Part shown: positions 1 to 11,231 of the stretch, piece after piece | Layout: every line of letters begins with the position of its first letter | Position numbering within the stretch: position 1 is the stretch's first letter | NCBI GenBank assembly: GCA_041287365.1 | Contig: JBEULL010000030.1 | Location: 11,782-75,781 of the forward strand | From: Dissulfuribacterales bacterium | GTDB taxonomy: Bacteria > Desulfobacterota > Dissulfuribacteria > Dissulfuribacterales > DYLC01 | DNA length: 64,000 nucleotides | Reading direction: 5' to 3' | Translations under genes and position numbers: made by a program | The notes under the pieces: model-generated | Told to the model about the DNA's origin: nothing | What the model saw: the letters and a program-made list of their open reading frames with translations, nothing else | The model's database searches: none

Positions 1-406
1 TAGGTGGCGCTGGAGGCTCTGCAGTAGATAATACCGTTAAATTTACGACATAGTCTATTGTGCTACCATCAGCAGGATTGATTATATAAAATTTACTGGA
101 ATAATTCCCAACCAACATATTAGTTGCATCCAAAGTAACCTTGATACTGTAAGTAGCGGCATCTGCGCCGGAAACAGCATCGAAACCCAACCACTCTCCT
201 CCGGGAGATGTAGCGATTCTCCAAGAGAAATTGACATTCGTATCCTCATCCAATACCAGATAGAATGAAGTGGAAGCACCTTTCGCCACTGACAAACTGA
301 CTGTTCTGGTATCAGGATTGGGATAGACTTTTATCGCAGCAAGGCAATCCGCAGCTGCAAACAAGATTAATATACTGAAGATACTAAAAATCGCTTTCTT
401 AAACAT
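1..406 (-). CDS. Secreted protein with BACON/Ig-like beta-sandwich domain (5' part only, runs off the window)
   Basis: Not in the ORF track. ATG at 406-404 with GGAGG SD at 417-413. Hand translation MFKKAIFSIFSILILFAAADCLAAIKVYPNP...FSWRIATSPGGEWLGF...YSIKVTLDATNMLVGNYSSKFYI...VNLTVL..EPPAPP is open to the edge and has a signal peptide and a Pro linker. Confidence 0.75.
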   Translation of the reverse strand, partial: MFKKAIFSIFSILILFAAADCLAAIKVYPNPDTRTVSLSVAKGASTSFYLVLDEDTNVNFSWRIATSPGGEWLGFDAVSGADAATYSIKVTLDATNMLVGNYSSKFYIINPADGSTIDYVVNLTVLSTAEPPAPP

Positions 407-460
407 CTGATGCCTCCTCATCTCGATTGAAACCCACACAAAACACCGAATACGATTGTC

Positions 461-1672
461 TTATGACCCTCTAAGCGCCGGAGGAAGCTCAGCAGGCTTT
501 TCCAGTTTGGGCATCTGAAGCCTTTCAGGCTGCTGCTTCACAGGGGCTGGAGCTGCCCAGTTCACTGCATAATTAGGCTCGCTGTGAGGCTGCCAGTTCA
601 AACGATGGCTGTATTTCACAAAATCACAGATCAAGGTCTTGGCCGCCTCTTCCACAGCCCTGTCCATGAGGTTTCTGGCCTGGGCATCCCCCCATGCACT
701 CTGAGAGGCTACCTGCACCTCGGCCCTATTGGACCATACCACCACACCCGTATCCGCCTCCTGGGCCGCTAAATACACCTGCACCACAGCAAGGGGTCTT
801 GCACCACCTTGCTTGGCCAGATATGCAGCAGCGGCACCGGCAGTACCCCACACAGCGGCGTTATACCCCTGATAATGGGCGTCTCCGCCCTGTTCAACCA
901 GGGTCATAAAGGCAGGATGAGGACCGCCTGCAACAACCTTATCCGGCGGGCTGAATGGATGAGTGGCCTCTGAGCCAAACAGGGCCCCGAGGCTGCCGCC
1001 AATGGCCATATTCTGCCACAGGTCATATTCATCGGATTTGGCTACACCGAAGATGGTGGCGTTGGTTGTATCAAAGAAGAACGGCAGAAGCCCCCTCTGG
1101 AATGGATTCAGGGTGTGTTCCTTGCGCATCTCATATTCCACTATACGGCCGCGCAGGATATAGTTGGCGCCGAAGTAATTCCCGAGCTCCCTGATGGTCT
1201 CTTTCTCGAAACCCACCTTGGCGACCTCCATCTTGTTCCGCTTAGACATGGCTTCGTTGGCGGCTATGAGACGATCAATCTCTCCACGCATTTCGTCTGA
1301 CCACCCATTGCCCATCTCGCGTGCAAGGTATTGGCCATAACGGTCATGCTGACCCTCGATGATGCGGATAATTCCATGATCGGCCAGAAATTGCACGACA
1401 TCTTCCTGCACCGGCGTGAGAAAACCATAGTCGGCCAGAGAATGATTGATGGCCCCGAGCACCTTTACCTGCCTGCGCATGAACTCATCTGGTCTGGCGC
1501 CTCGCGTATAATCTGCAAAGGGAAGTATCACCAAACGCTTCTGTGGATTCTGTTCATAACCAGGATACGTGGACTGTACAGGAGAGATGGATTCCTTCAC
1601 CACCTGCTCACAAGCGCCCAAAAAAAAGAGACACATCAACACAGATACAAGACCCGCCAGTTTGAATCTCAT
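461..1672 (-). CDS. Lipoprotein, CsgG/LpoB/DUF799-like fold with glycine-rich hydrophobic insert
   Basis: Lipobox FLGA-C after MRFKL; GGAGG SD before ATG 1672; motifs RLVILPFADY, GANYILRGRIVEY, DTGVVVWSNR. Confidence 0.65.
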   Translation of the reverse strand: MRFKLAGLVSVLMCLFFLGACEQVVKESISPVQSTYPGYEQNPQKRLVILPFADYTRGARPDEFMRRQVKVLGAINHSLADYGFLTPVQEDVVQFLADHGIIRIIEGQHDRYGQYLAREMGNGWSDEMRGEIDRLIAANEAMSKRNKMEVAKVGFEKETIRELGNYFGANYILRGRIVEYEMRKEHTLNPFQRGLLPFFFDTTNATIFGVAKSDEYDLWQNMAIGGSLGALFGSEATHPFSPPDKVVAGGPHPAFMTLVEQGGDAHYQGYNAAVWGTAGAAAAYLAKQGGARPLAVVQVYLAAQEADTGVVVWSNRAEVQVASQSAWGDAQARNLMDRAVEEAAKTLICDFVKYSHRLNWQPHSEPNYAVNWAAPAPVKQQPERLQMPKLEKPAELPPALRGS

Positions 1673-1934
1673 AAACACCCCTCCTGACAAATTGACATGC
1701 TCAAGCTAAATACAGCATGATAATGTTATAGTATTTATTCATATCCAACTAAAATGGCATAATACAAAATTCTAAAAAAAAGTCACTAAAAAATAAACAC
1801 AAAAAAAACACACTCGAAACGATTTTTCAGATAGCCCTCACAAAAGATGCGCACCCTTTAGTATCTACGCCAAACCAGGCTGCGTACGGGCATCGGCCTT
1901 AACTCGCTATGGCCTGTGCCATATAAAAAAATGA

Positions 1935-4896
<2,962 letters not shown>

Positions 4897-5361
4897 TCAC
4901 GCACCATTTATCAAGGCCTCAAAGGCCGCCTTGACCTCCTGCACATGGCCTTTAACCTTTACCTTGCGCCACTCCCGGCGCAGTTCACCGTTTGAATCAA
5001 ATAGAAATGTGCTGCGAATCACGCCCATACACTCACTGCCGCACATGACATTCGGCCCCCAGGTCCCCAATGCCTGGAGCATCTGTTTTTCCGAATCGCT
5101 CAGAAGCGTGATGGCAAGGTTGTGCTTGGTTGTAAAATTCTTGTGACTTTTTACGGAATTTGGGCTGACACCCAGTATCTCTGCACCACGTGCACGAAAC
5201 CATTCCGCTTCACTGGAAAAATCCACCGCCTCCTGTGTGCAGCCGCTGGTATTGTCCTTGGGATAGACATAGAGCACCAGCCACTTGCCCAGGAAATCCT
5301 TCAATCGAACCTCATTGCCGTCTTGATTGGGCAAGGCCATGTCAAAAAGCCCCTGATACAT
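4897..5361 (-). CDS. bcp: Peroxiredoxin, BCP/PrxQ family
   Basis: YPKDNTSGCTQEA peroxidatic motif; RSTFLFD; VKVKGH. Confidence 0.92.
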   Translation of the reverse strand: MYQGLFDMALPNQDGNEVRLKDFLGKWLVLYVYPKDNTSGCTQEAVDFSSEAEWFRARGAEILGVSPNSVKSHKNFTTKHNLAITLLSDSEKQMLQALGTWGPNVMCGSECMGVIRSTFLFDSNGELRREWRKVKVKGHVQEVKAAFEALINGA

Positions 5362-5495
5362 AGAATATTCTCCTGGTTATGCAATGCTTGTTATTTAATG
5401 TAACAGAATCAATGATTTTTTGAAAGCCGACAATCAGCATGATCTTTTTTTAAAACAGATTGTCATTTTCTATATTATCTGGTAATCAAATTGGC

Positions 5496-6116
5496 ATGAA
5501 ATTTCAGCAGATTCTCTGTATTCATCGAAAGTCTTTAATACCGCTGTTCGGCACGCCTCTTTTTTCAGATATCAGGCCCTCGCCGCCTTCTCTACAGGAC
5601 GTGCTGCGCCTGCCCTTTGAATTCGTAAACAGGGAACAGGCAGAGGTGAACGACAACTTGAAGCAGCTCATCCCTTATGTCATCATTCGCCATCAAGACC
5701 GTTTCTTCGTGTATAAACGCGAAAAAAGAGTGAAGGAAGGCAGACTCGCAGGGCTCAAATCCATTGGCATAGGCGGGCACATCGACAGAGAAGACGCAGA
5801 AAGTACTGCTGATGCACACGCAATATATGAAAAGGCCATGAGACGCGAATTGGCGGAAGAGCTTAAGGGCGCAGGACAGTTTTCATTTCCTCGATTTCTG
5901 GGCTGGATAAACGATGAATCCAATGCAGTAGGCAGAGTGCACCTGGGAGCCGTGCATGTACTGGAGATGCTGAATGCCGACGGCCTTGGAATAAATCACG
6001 GCGAACACCTGACACACTTGGGCTGGATGACGGCTCAGGAGGTCATAAATGAAGCGACCACATTTGAAACCTGGTCGGTGTTTGCGGCCAAACTTGCAAT
6101 AATATCAACTCCATGA
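5496..6116 (+). CDS. NUDIX-family phosphoesterase (YmaB-like)
   Basis: KQLIPY, E.RL.G..SIGIGGHI, RELAEEL, VGRVHLG, FETWS. Start placed at ATG 5496. Confidence 0.8.
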   Translation: MKFQQILCIHRKSLIPLFGTPLFSDIRPSPPSLQDVLRLPFEFVNREQAEVNDNLKQLIPYVIIRHQDRFFVYKREKRVKEGRLAGLKSIGIGGHIDREDAESTADAHAIYEKAMRRELAEELKGAGQFSFPRFLGWINDESNAVGRVHLGAVHVLEMLNADGLGINHGEHLTHLGWMTAQEVINEATTFETWSVFAAKLAIISTP

Positions 6117-6142
6117 AATACCCTTCAAAAAGGAGATAACTT

Positions 6143-6328
6143 ATGACTACTCCAGTAGTGAATGAGGAACTATGTGTGGGCTGTGGAAGCTGTGCGGAGG
6201 TCTGTCCAGAGGTCTTTGAACTACAAGACGACAAGGCACAAGTAATCGGTCCTGACAAGTGCCATACCTGCGACTGCGAATCGGCGGCAGCCATGTGTCC
6301 TGCAGGGGCCATCACGATTCAGGATTGA
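6143..6328 (+). CDS. Small [4Fe-4S] ferredoxin
   Basis: CVGCGSCAEVCP and C-terminal CP; AGGAG SD. Confidence 0.93.
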   Translation: MTTPVVNEELCVGCGSCAEVCPEVFELQDDKAQVIGPDKCHTCDCESAAAMCPAGAITIQD

Positions 6329-6354
6329 ACCAAAGACTTACAGATACGGCCTCA

Positions 6355-7293
6355 ATGCAGTTACCGGAACAATTCCATCGAAGGTTGCAGCTCATTTTGC
6401 CTTCAGAGGCCGTTTATCAACAAGTGATCGCCTCTTTTCTGAAGCCCAAGGCCGTCTCATTCCGTATCAATCGCCTGAAGGCAGAGGTTCCCACTGTATT
6501 GACCGGCCTTAAAGAGGCGGATATTCCAACTACAGTCTTTGAATTCTGGCCGTATATGTTTCATTGCCCCGCTGAAAACAGGGCAATGCTGCTTTCGCAT
6601 TCACTCGTGCAAAATGGGCTCATCTACATTCAAAATCCATCCAGTCTGCTGGCGGCGCTTCTTCTTGCACCGATGATAAACGAAACCGTACTGGATCTGG
6701 CGGCAGCCCCGGGCGGCAAGACACTTATCCTTTCCGAACTCATGGAGAATACCGGAGGCATCTCAGCGGTGGAAGCTGTAAAACCACGTTTTTTCAAGCT
6801 ACGGCATATTCTTGACCTGCATGGCGCGAAAAACGTAAATACCTACCTGCAAGACGGCAAAACCGTTGGATTCAAATGCCAGGGCCGATTTGACCGCACA
6901 CTGCTGGACGCACCCTGCTCTTCCGAGGCCAGATTTTGTGTGCAAGAACCAAAGACATGGGCCAATTGGAGCGAAAAAAAGATACTGGAACTGGCCCGAA
7001 AACAGAAGCAGCTTTTATTTTCAGCCATTCAGGCCACAAAACCAGGCGGAAGGATCGTGTATTGCACATGTTCCTTCGCCCCTGAGGAAAATGAACTGGT
7101 GGTGAACCATGTGCTAAAAAAGATGCAGGAAAGCATCAGGCTATTACCGGTGGAACTTCCCATCACAAACATTCAGCAGGGCATCACTCACTGGAATGGC
7201 AAGGAGCTGTCGCCAGAACTCGCAAAAACCACACGCATTCTACCGAACAACATTTACAACGCCATGTATCTGGCTGTACTCATTAAAAAATAA
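6355..7293 (+). CDS. RsmB/NOP (RsmF-like) RNA m5C methyltransferase
   Basis: VLDLAAAPGGKT, LLDAPCS, VYCTCSFAPEENE. Start placed at the ATG after the ferredoxin stop. Confidence 0.9.
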   Translation: MQLPEQFHRRLQLILPSEAVYQQVIASFLKPKAVSFRINRLKAEVPTVLTGLKEADIPTTVFEFWPYMFHCPAENRAMLLSHSLVQNGLIYIQNPSSLLAALLLAPMINETVLDLAAAPGGKTLILSELMENTGGISAVEAVKPRFFKLRHILDLHGAKNVNTYLQDGKTVGFKCQGRFDRTLLDAPCSSEARFCVQEPKTWANWSEKKILELARKQKQLLFSAIQATKPGGRIVYCTCSFAPEENELVVNHVLKKMQESIRLLPVELPITNIQQGITHWNGKELSPELAKTTRILPNNIYNAMYLAVLIKK

Positions 7294-7307
7294 ACTGACA
7301 GGCCATC

Positions 7308-8327
7308 TTAACATACAAAAAAAGAAACACCTAGCACATCTTTGTCAAACACCGGCCGCGCCAGGCCACGGTCTCCACAGGTATGAAACAGCAATTCCTG
7401 CCATGAAATCCCTGCATAAAGCGTACAGTTCAGGGTGATGGTCTTGGGGTCTCGCGTTGAAATCCGCTCCGCTGTTACACGAATATTCTCCGCTGCATCC
7501 TCCAGGCGCCTGACTCCATCTTCGGCATTGTTTTGTACTGAAACGAAATGACTCAGGATATCTAAAAAGTCCCGCCATGTCCGCAGGAATTCAAGGGAAT
7601 CTTTGAGTAGCGGCAAATCCACCGAAGACAGATGAAGAGACAGGATTTCCTGCGCCGTACGCCCTGAAAAAATGGCCTCGTAAGTGCTGTCCAGCAGGTC
7701 CTTCACGCCGATATCCTGGCCTAACGGCAACAGGTTAGCCGCATCTGCTTCGGCCAGATATCTCCTCGCAAATTCGGTCCAGTTTACAAGCCGTTTTCTG
7801 ACCTGTGACAGGGGTTCCAGCCTTGCAGCAGGTGCTTTCACCGTAAAATCCGCTGCATTCCCCAGTGATTCACGCAGAAAGGCATCTTCGGCAGGCAGAC
7901 TCTCGAGAGAGACGCGAACATCGTCCTCAGTCCTGTCGGTCTGATGGGCTATCCACAAGAAAAATCTCGCCATGAGCAGGGGGTCGTTCTCGGCATCCCC
8001 CTTGATGCATTCCATTATGGCCTGCATGGTTTCTTCCTGACCGCTGGACATGGAGAAAAAGCTCTGCCCCGAAAGCCTCTCTCCTATGCCAAGAGAAGAT
8101 GCCCAGCCTGTCCACTGCCTGAATCTCTGAAGCATGTCGAAAAGACTCTCATTCAAAGGCGCAGGGCAATATGCCTGTAATGCAACGTCGGCTGTGGCTG
8201 CAACGGCCTGTATCTCAGCTAACAGGTCTTCGGTGGGCACCAACAGAGTATTTTGCGAAAAAAATGGTGACAATATCCTCAACAGGACTCGACTGGGATA
8301 TGTGATGGGATACAAGATGGTCTGCAT
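7308..8327 (-). CDS. Hypothetical protein
   Basis: Long ORF fills the gap between convergent and divergent genes; no recognisable motif; start uncertain (8327 or 8369). Confidence 0.7.
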   Translation of the reverse strand: MQTILYPITYPSRVLLRILSPFFSQNTLLVPTEDLLAEIQAVAATADVALQAYCPAPLNESLFDMLQRFRQWTGWASSLGIGERLSGQSFFSMSSGQEETMQAIMECIKGDAENDPLLMARFFLWIAHQTDRTEDDVRVSLESLPAEDAFLRESLGNAADFTVKAPAARLEPLSQVRKRLVNWTEFARRYLAEADAANLLPLGQDIGVKDLLDSTYEAIFSGRTAQEILSLHLSSVDLPLLKDSLEFLRTWRDFLDILSHFVSVQNNAEDGVRRLEDAAENIRVTAERISTRDPKTITLNCTLYAGISWQELLFHTCGDRGLARPVFDKDVLGVSFFVC

Positions 8328-8417
8328 AACTATAAAATCCTTTGCATCAGTGTCGAATAAAAACTTCAAGAATGGTTGCTGGTTTCAAGGCAATCTTCCT
8401 GTATTTCATGAAAATGC

Positions 8418-8445
8418 TTGACGATTGCATTCTACAGACTAAAAT
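8418..8445 (+). promoter_or_regulatory. Putative sigma-70 promoter of the tolC efflux operon
   Basis: TTGACG-N16-TAAAAT, 85 bp upstream of the tolC ATG. Confidence 0.4.
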
Positions 8446-8530
8446 TCTGTTGTTTAAGCAAAAAATGCTCAAGGCTTTTTGATACAACAATTTTCAAAAG
8501 ATTGAAAGTGGTGAAGGAGAGAAGACCATC

Positions 8531-9883
8531 ATGCGCACAAGTATGCTGCTGTTTTTCTGTTTCATATGCTGTGTGGTATTCCTGATAACAGCCGCAGGCC
8601 GTGCTGAAGAAACCCTTACGCTGGACCAGGCCATTCAAAATGCCATGAAAAACAACCAGCTCATTCAGGGTTCCAAGGCCAGACTGCAGGCGGCCTCGGA
8701 GAACGTAACGGTGGGCTTCAGCCGTTTTCTGCCCAGACTGGACGTGCAGGAACGCATGGAGCATACCAATTCCCCCCCTCTGGTTTTCACACAAAAACTG
8801 CAACAGGAGGCGTTCACGGCTCAAGATTTTCAATTGAACAACCTCAATCACCCGTCCGCCTACAACAATTGGAAGACCCAGTTTATCCTCACACAGCCCA
8901 TCTTCGATCAGGGTAGGGAGTGGATCGGCTATCGGGCCGCCAAGGTGCAGGAATCCAAAACAGACATAGAACTCGCCAGGATGCGGCAGAACATCCGTTT
9001 TCTGGTGGAAAAGGCATATTACGACACACTGCTCGCCCAGGGCAATCTGGATGTGTTGAACAGTTCCCTGAAAACCGTATCCGCCCTGGAGGCCCTGGCA
9101 TTCAAACGGCACACGGCAGGAAACGCCCTTCTATCCGACCTCACATCCGCCAGAGTACACAAGGCACGAGTGGAAATGGAGAAGATAAAGGCCGAAGGCG
9201 ATCTGCAGGTAGCCTTTGCAAGGCTCAACAAACTGATGGGAATGCCTCAGGACACTTCATGGCATCTGAGCGATGCGTCTGATTTTTTGAACAACCAACC
9301 GGAAATGCTGAAGAAATCCCTGAACGAACTCACTGAAACCGCTGTCCAAAAACGGCCGGACATGGCCATTGTTCAAAAAGACCTGGAACTCGGACGCCTG
9401 AACACAAAACAGGCCAGTTTCAGCTATCTGCCTTCTGTTTCCCTGCAAGGCGCCTATGAAATGAACGCCAAAGATTTTGTGGGCTCCGATGGAGATGCAT
9501 GGGCCGTGGCGGGCGTCATCTCGTTCAATCTTTTCAACGGCACCGGAGACAAAGCCCGCATAGCGGCGGCCAAATCCGAAGAGCAGGCCGTCTTCCATCG
9601 AGTCAAAGACATGGAGGAACAGGTTCGAATGGAGGTGAGAGAGGCCTACTACAATCTACGGACAGCCGTTCAGCAAAGGGAAGTGGCAAGACGCTCCATA
9701 GAAAATGCACAGGAGGCCCTCCGCATTCTGCAAAACCGCTACAACAACGGCCTCGCATTGATGATAGAGGTGCTGACAGCGGAAACCGCACTCAAACAGG
9801 CAGGGCTCGACCTACAGCATACGGCCTTCGATGTGCTGACAGCGGAAACCGCACTCAAACTGCGCACCGGCATTCTTGATTGA
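8531..9883 (+). CDS. TolC-family outer membrane efflux protein
   Basis: Signal peptide, LTLDQAIQNA, FLPRLD, LTQPIFDQG, YLPSVSL, RYNNG; first gene of an OMF-MFP-RND operon. Confidence 0.93.
   Translation: MRTSMLLFFCFICCVVFLITAAGRAEETLTLDQAIQNAMKNNQLIQGSKARLQAASENVTVGFSRFLPRLDVQERMEHTNSPPLVFTQKLQQEAFTAQDFQLNNLNHPSAYNNWKTQFILTQPIFDQGREWIGYRAAKVQESKTDIELARMRQNIRFLVEKAYYDTLLAQGNLDVLNSSLKTVSALEALAFKRHTAGNALLSDLTSARVHKARVEMEKIKAEGDLQVAFARLNKLMGMPQDTSWHLSDASDFLNNQPEMLKKSLNELTETAVQKRPDMAIVQKDLELGRLNTKQASFSYLPSVSLQGAYEMNAKDFVGSDGDAWAVAGVISFNLFNGTGDKARIAAAKSEEQAVFHRVKDMEEQVRMEVREAYYNLRTAVQQREVARRSIENAQEALRILQNRYNNGLALMIEVLTAETALKQAGLDLQHTAFDVLTAETALKLRTGILD
9770..9860 (+). repeat. Exact 28-bp direct repeat inside tolC
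   Basis: GTGCTGACAGCGGAAACCGCACTCAAAC at 9770-9797 and 9833-9860, in frame (VLTAETALK twice). Confidence 0.95.
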
Positions 9884-9911
9884 AAATAACCTTGAAACAT
9901 TTAGTGAACCT

Positions 9912-10036
9912 TGATGAAATCGTGAAAAAGTAATGTCGAATGTTTAATGCTGAATGTTGCATTAATGTAATAGTCAATTATATGAAGTGAATTAAACCAT
10001 AATTAAGCATTAAGCATTACAACTTAAACATTTTTA
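9912..10036 (+). repeat. Intergenic TIR/heptamer element copy A (internally deleted, right end decayed)
   Basis: Left end TGATGAAATCGTGAAAAAGT, then AATGTCG AATGTTT AATGCTG AATGTTG, a spacer ending GTGAATTAAACCAT, and an inverse arm AATTAAGCATTAAGCATTACAACTTAAACATT. Confidence 0.75.
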
Positions 10037-10055
10037 TATGATAGTGAGGAACGTT

Positions 10056-11231
10056 ATGAAGAAAAAACTGTTTTTTTACTACCTCTGCACATGCCTTGTG
10101 TTCGGAATGACGGCCTGTGTCTCCAAAAAGGATGAAGCACCCAAAAAGATTTCATCCACTGTAAAGGCGGATGTCATGGAGATAACACCCAAAACCGCCG
10201 CGTCCGAAGCGGTTTTCACCGGTCGAGTGCAGGCAAAAAGGCAGGTAATTCTGGCATCGAAGATATCGGGTTATATCAAAAATATGACCGTAAACGCAGG
10301 GGATGCCGTGTCCGGCGGCAGTCTTCTGGTGCAGATGGATGATGCAGAGGTCATGTCCAAACTGAATGCCCTTAACGCTGAAAAAGATGCCCTTAAAAGG
10401 CAGAAAATGGCCATGGAAGCCGATCTGGTCTATGTAAAAGCCAATTTCAAGCGAATCGAACGCCTGAAAAATGAAAACGCCGCCACGGAAGACGAATTTG
10501 AACGGGCGCAGAGCGCTCTAAACGCAGCGGAAGAACGCCTGAACGCCATGAATGCAAACATCAGGGCTGTGGATGCCCGTATTCAAGAAGTGCACAACCT
10601 TCTCCAATACACAGACATCGTTTCTCCTTTAAGCGGTTGGGTAGTGGAAAAGCTCATGGATACAGGTAGTTATGTCAATGCAGGCACGCCTATCTTGAAA
10701 ATTGATTCAAAGAACGATGGATTCTGGTTCGAGGCGAATGTGGATCAGGCATTCCTGCACCGACTGACCCTAGGTCAGAAGGTCTGGATATCCATTCCAG
10801 CCCTCGGCTCTGATGCCCCGCTTACGGCCACCATAAGCGAGATAGTGCCGCAGGTAAATACCGCCACCAACACATTCACCGTAAAAGCGGATCTTAACCT
10901 CAAGGGCCTGAGAAGCGGCATGTTCGGTAGAATAGCCATACCAACAGGCACAAGACAGATTATCGCTGTGCCGCAAAAGGCATTGATTCATCGCGGTGGA
11001 ATCACAGGTGTCTACACCATCGGCAGGGACCGCATAGCCCATTGGCGTGTGGTGAAGCTGGGCAGCAAATGGTCGGAGGTCAATGCCTCACAGGCTTCAG
11101 CCAAGGGTGGTCAAACAGGACATGAAACAATAGAAGAATCGTGGGTGGAGGTCCTTGGAGGACTGGACTCAAAGGAAACCATAGCGATCTCCAACCTCGA
11201 ACAGGTCCGGGAGGGCATAAGGATTGAATAA
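10056..11231 (+). CDS. RND efflux periplasmic adaptor subunit (lipoprotein)
   Basis: Lipobox MTAC, SKISGYI..V.AGD.V, coiled hairpin, SPLSGWV, LRSGMFGR. ATG 10056 with GAGGA SD. Confidence 0.93.
   Translation: MKKKLFFYYLCTCLVFGMTACVSKKDEAPKKISSTVKADVMEITPKTAASEAVFTGRVQAKRQVILASKISGYIKNMTVNAGDAVSGGSLLVQMDDAEVMSKLNALNAEKDALKRQKMAMEADLVYVKANFKRIERLKNENAATEDEFERAQSALNAAEERLNAMNANIRAVDARIQEVHNLLQYTDIVSPLSGWVVEKLMDTGSYVNAGTPILKIDSKNDGFWFEANVDQAFLHRLTLGQKVWISIPALGSDAPLTATISEIVPQVNTATNTFTVKADLNLKGLRSGMFGRIAIPTGTRQIIAVPQKALIHRGGITGVYTIGRDRIAHWRVVKLGSKWSEVNASQASAKGGQTGHETIEESWVEVLGGLDSKETIAISNLEQVREGIRIE

Noticed and set aside
82-279. 65-aa minus-strand ORF in the track
   Set aside because: It is an out-of-frame ORF inside the better-supported secreted-protein gene starting at 406.
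1770-1850. Possible seventh, decayed TIR element (AAAAAAGTCACT; GATTTTTCAGATAGCCCTCA)
   Set aside because: Similarity is short, lies in A-rich DNA, and there is no scaffold or core.
1869-1920. Possible c-di-GMP-I riboswitch (GCCAAACC...GGCCTTAA...TATGGCC..TGCC hairpin)
   Set aside because: Lacks the GNRA loop and GACGCAAA junction and faces antisense to the neighbouring genes.
9770-9860. 28-bp repeats with a 35-bp spacer, CRISPR-like dimensions
   Set aside because: Only two units, in frame inside tolC, not palindromic, no leader and no cas genes.
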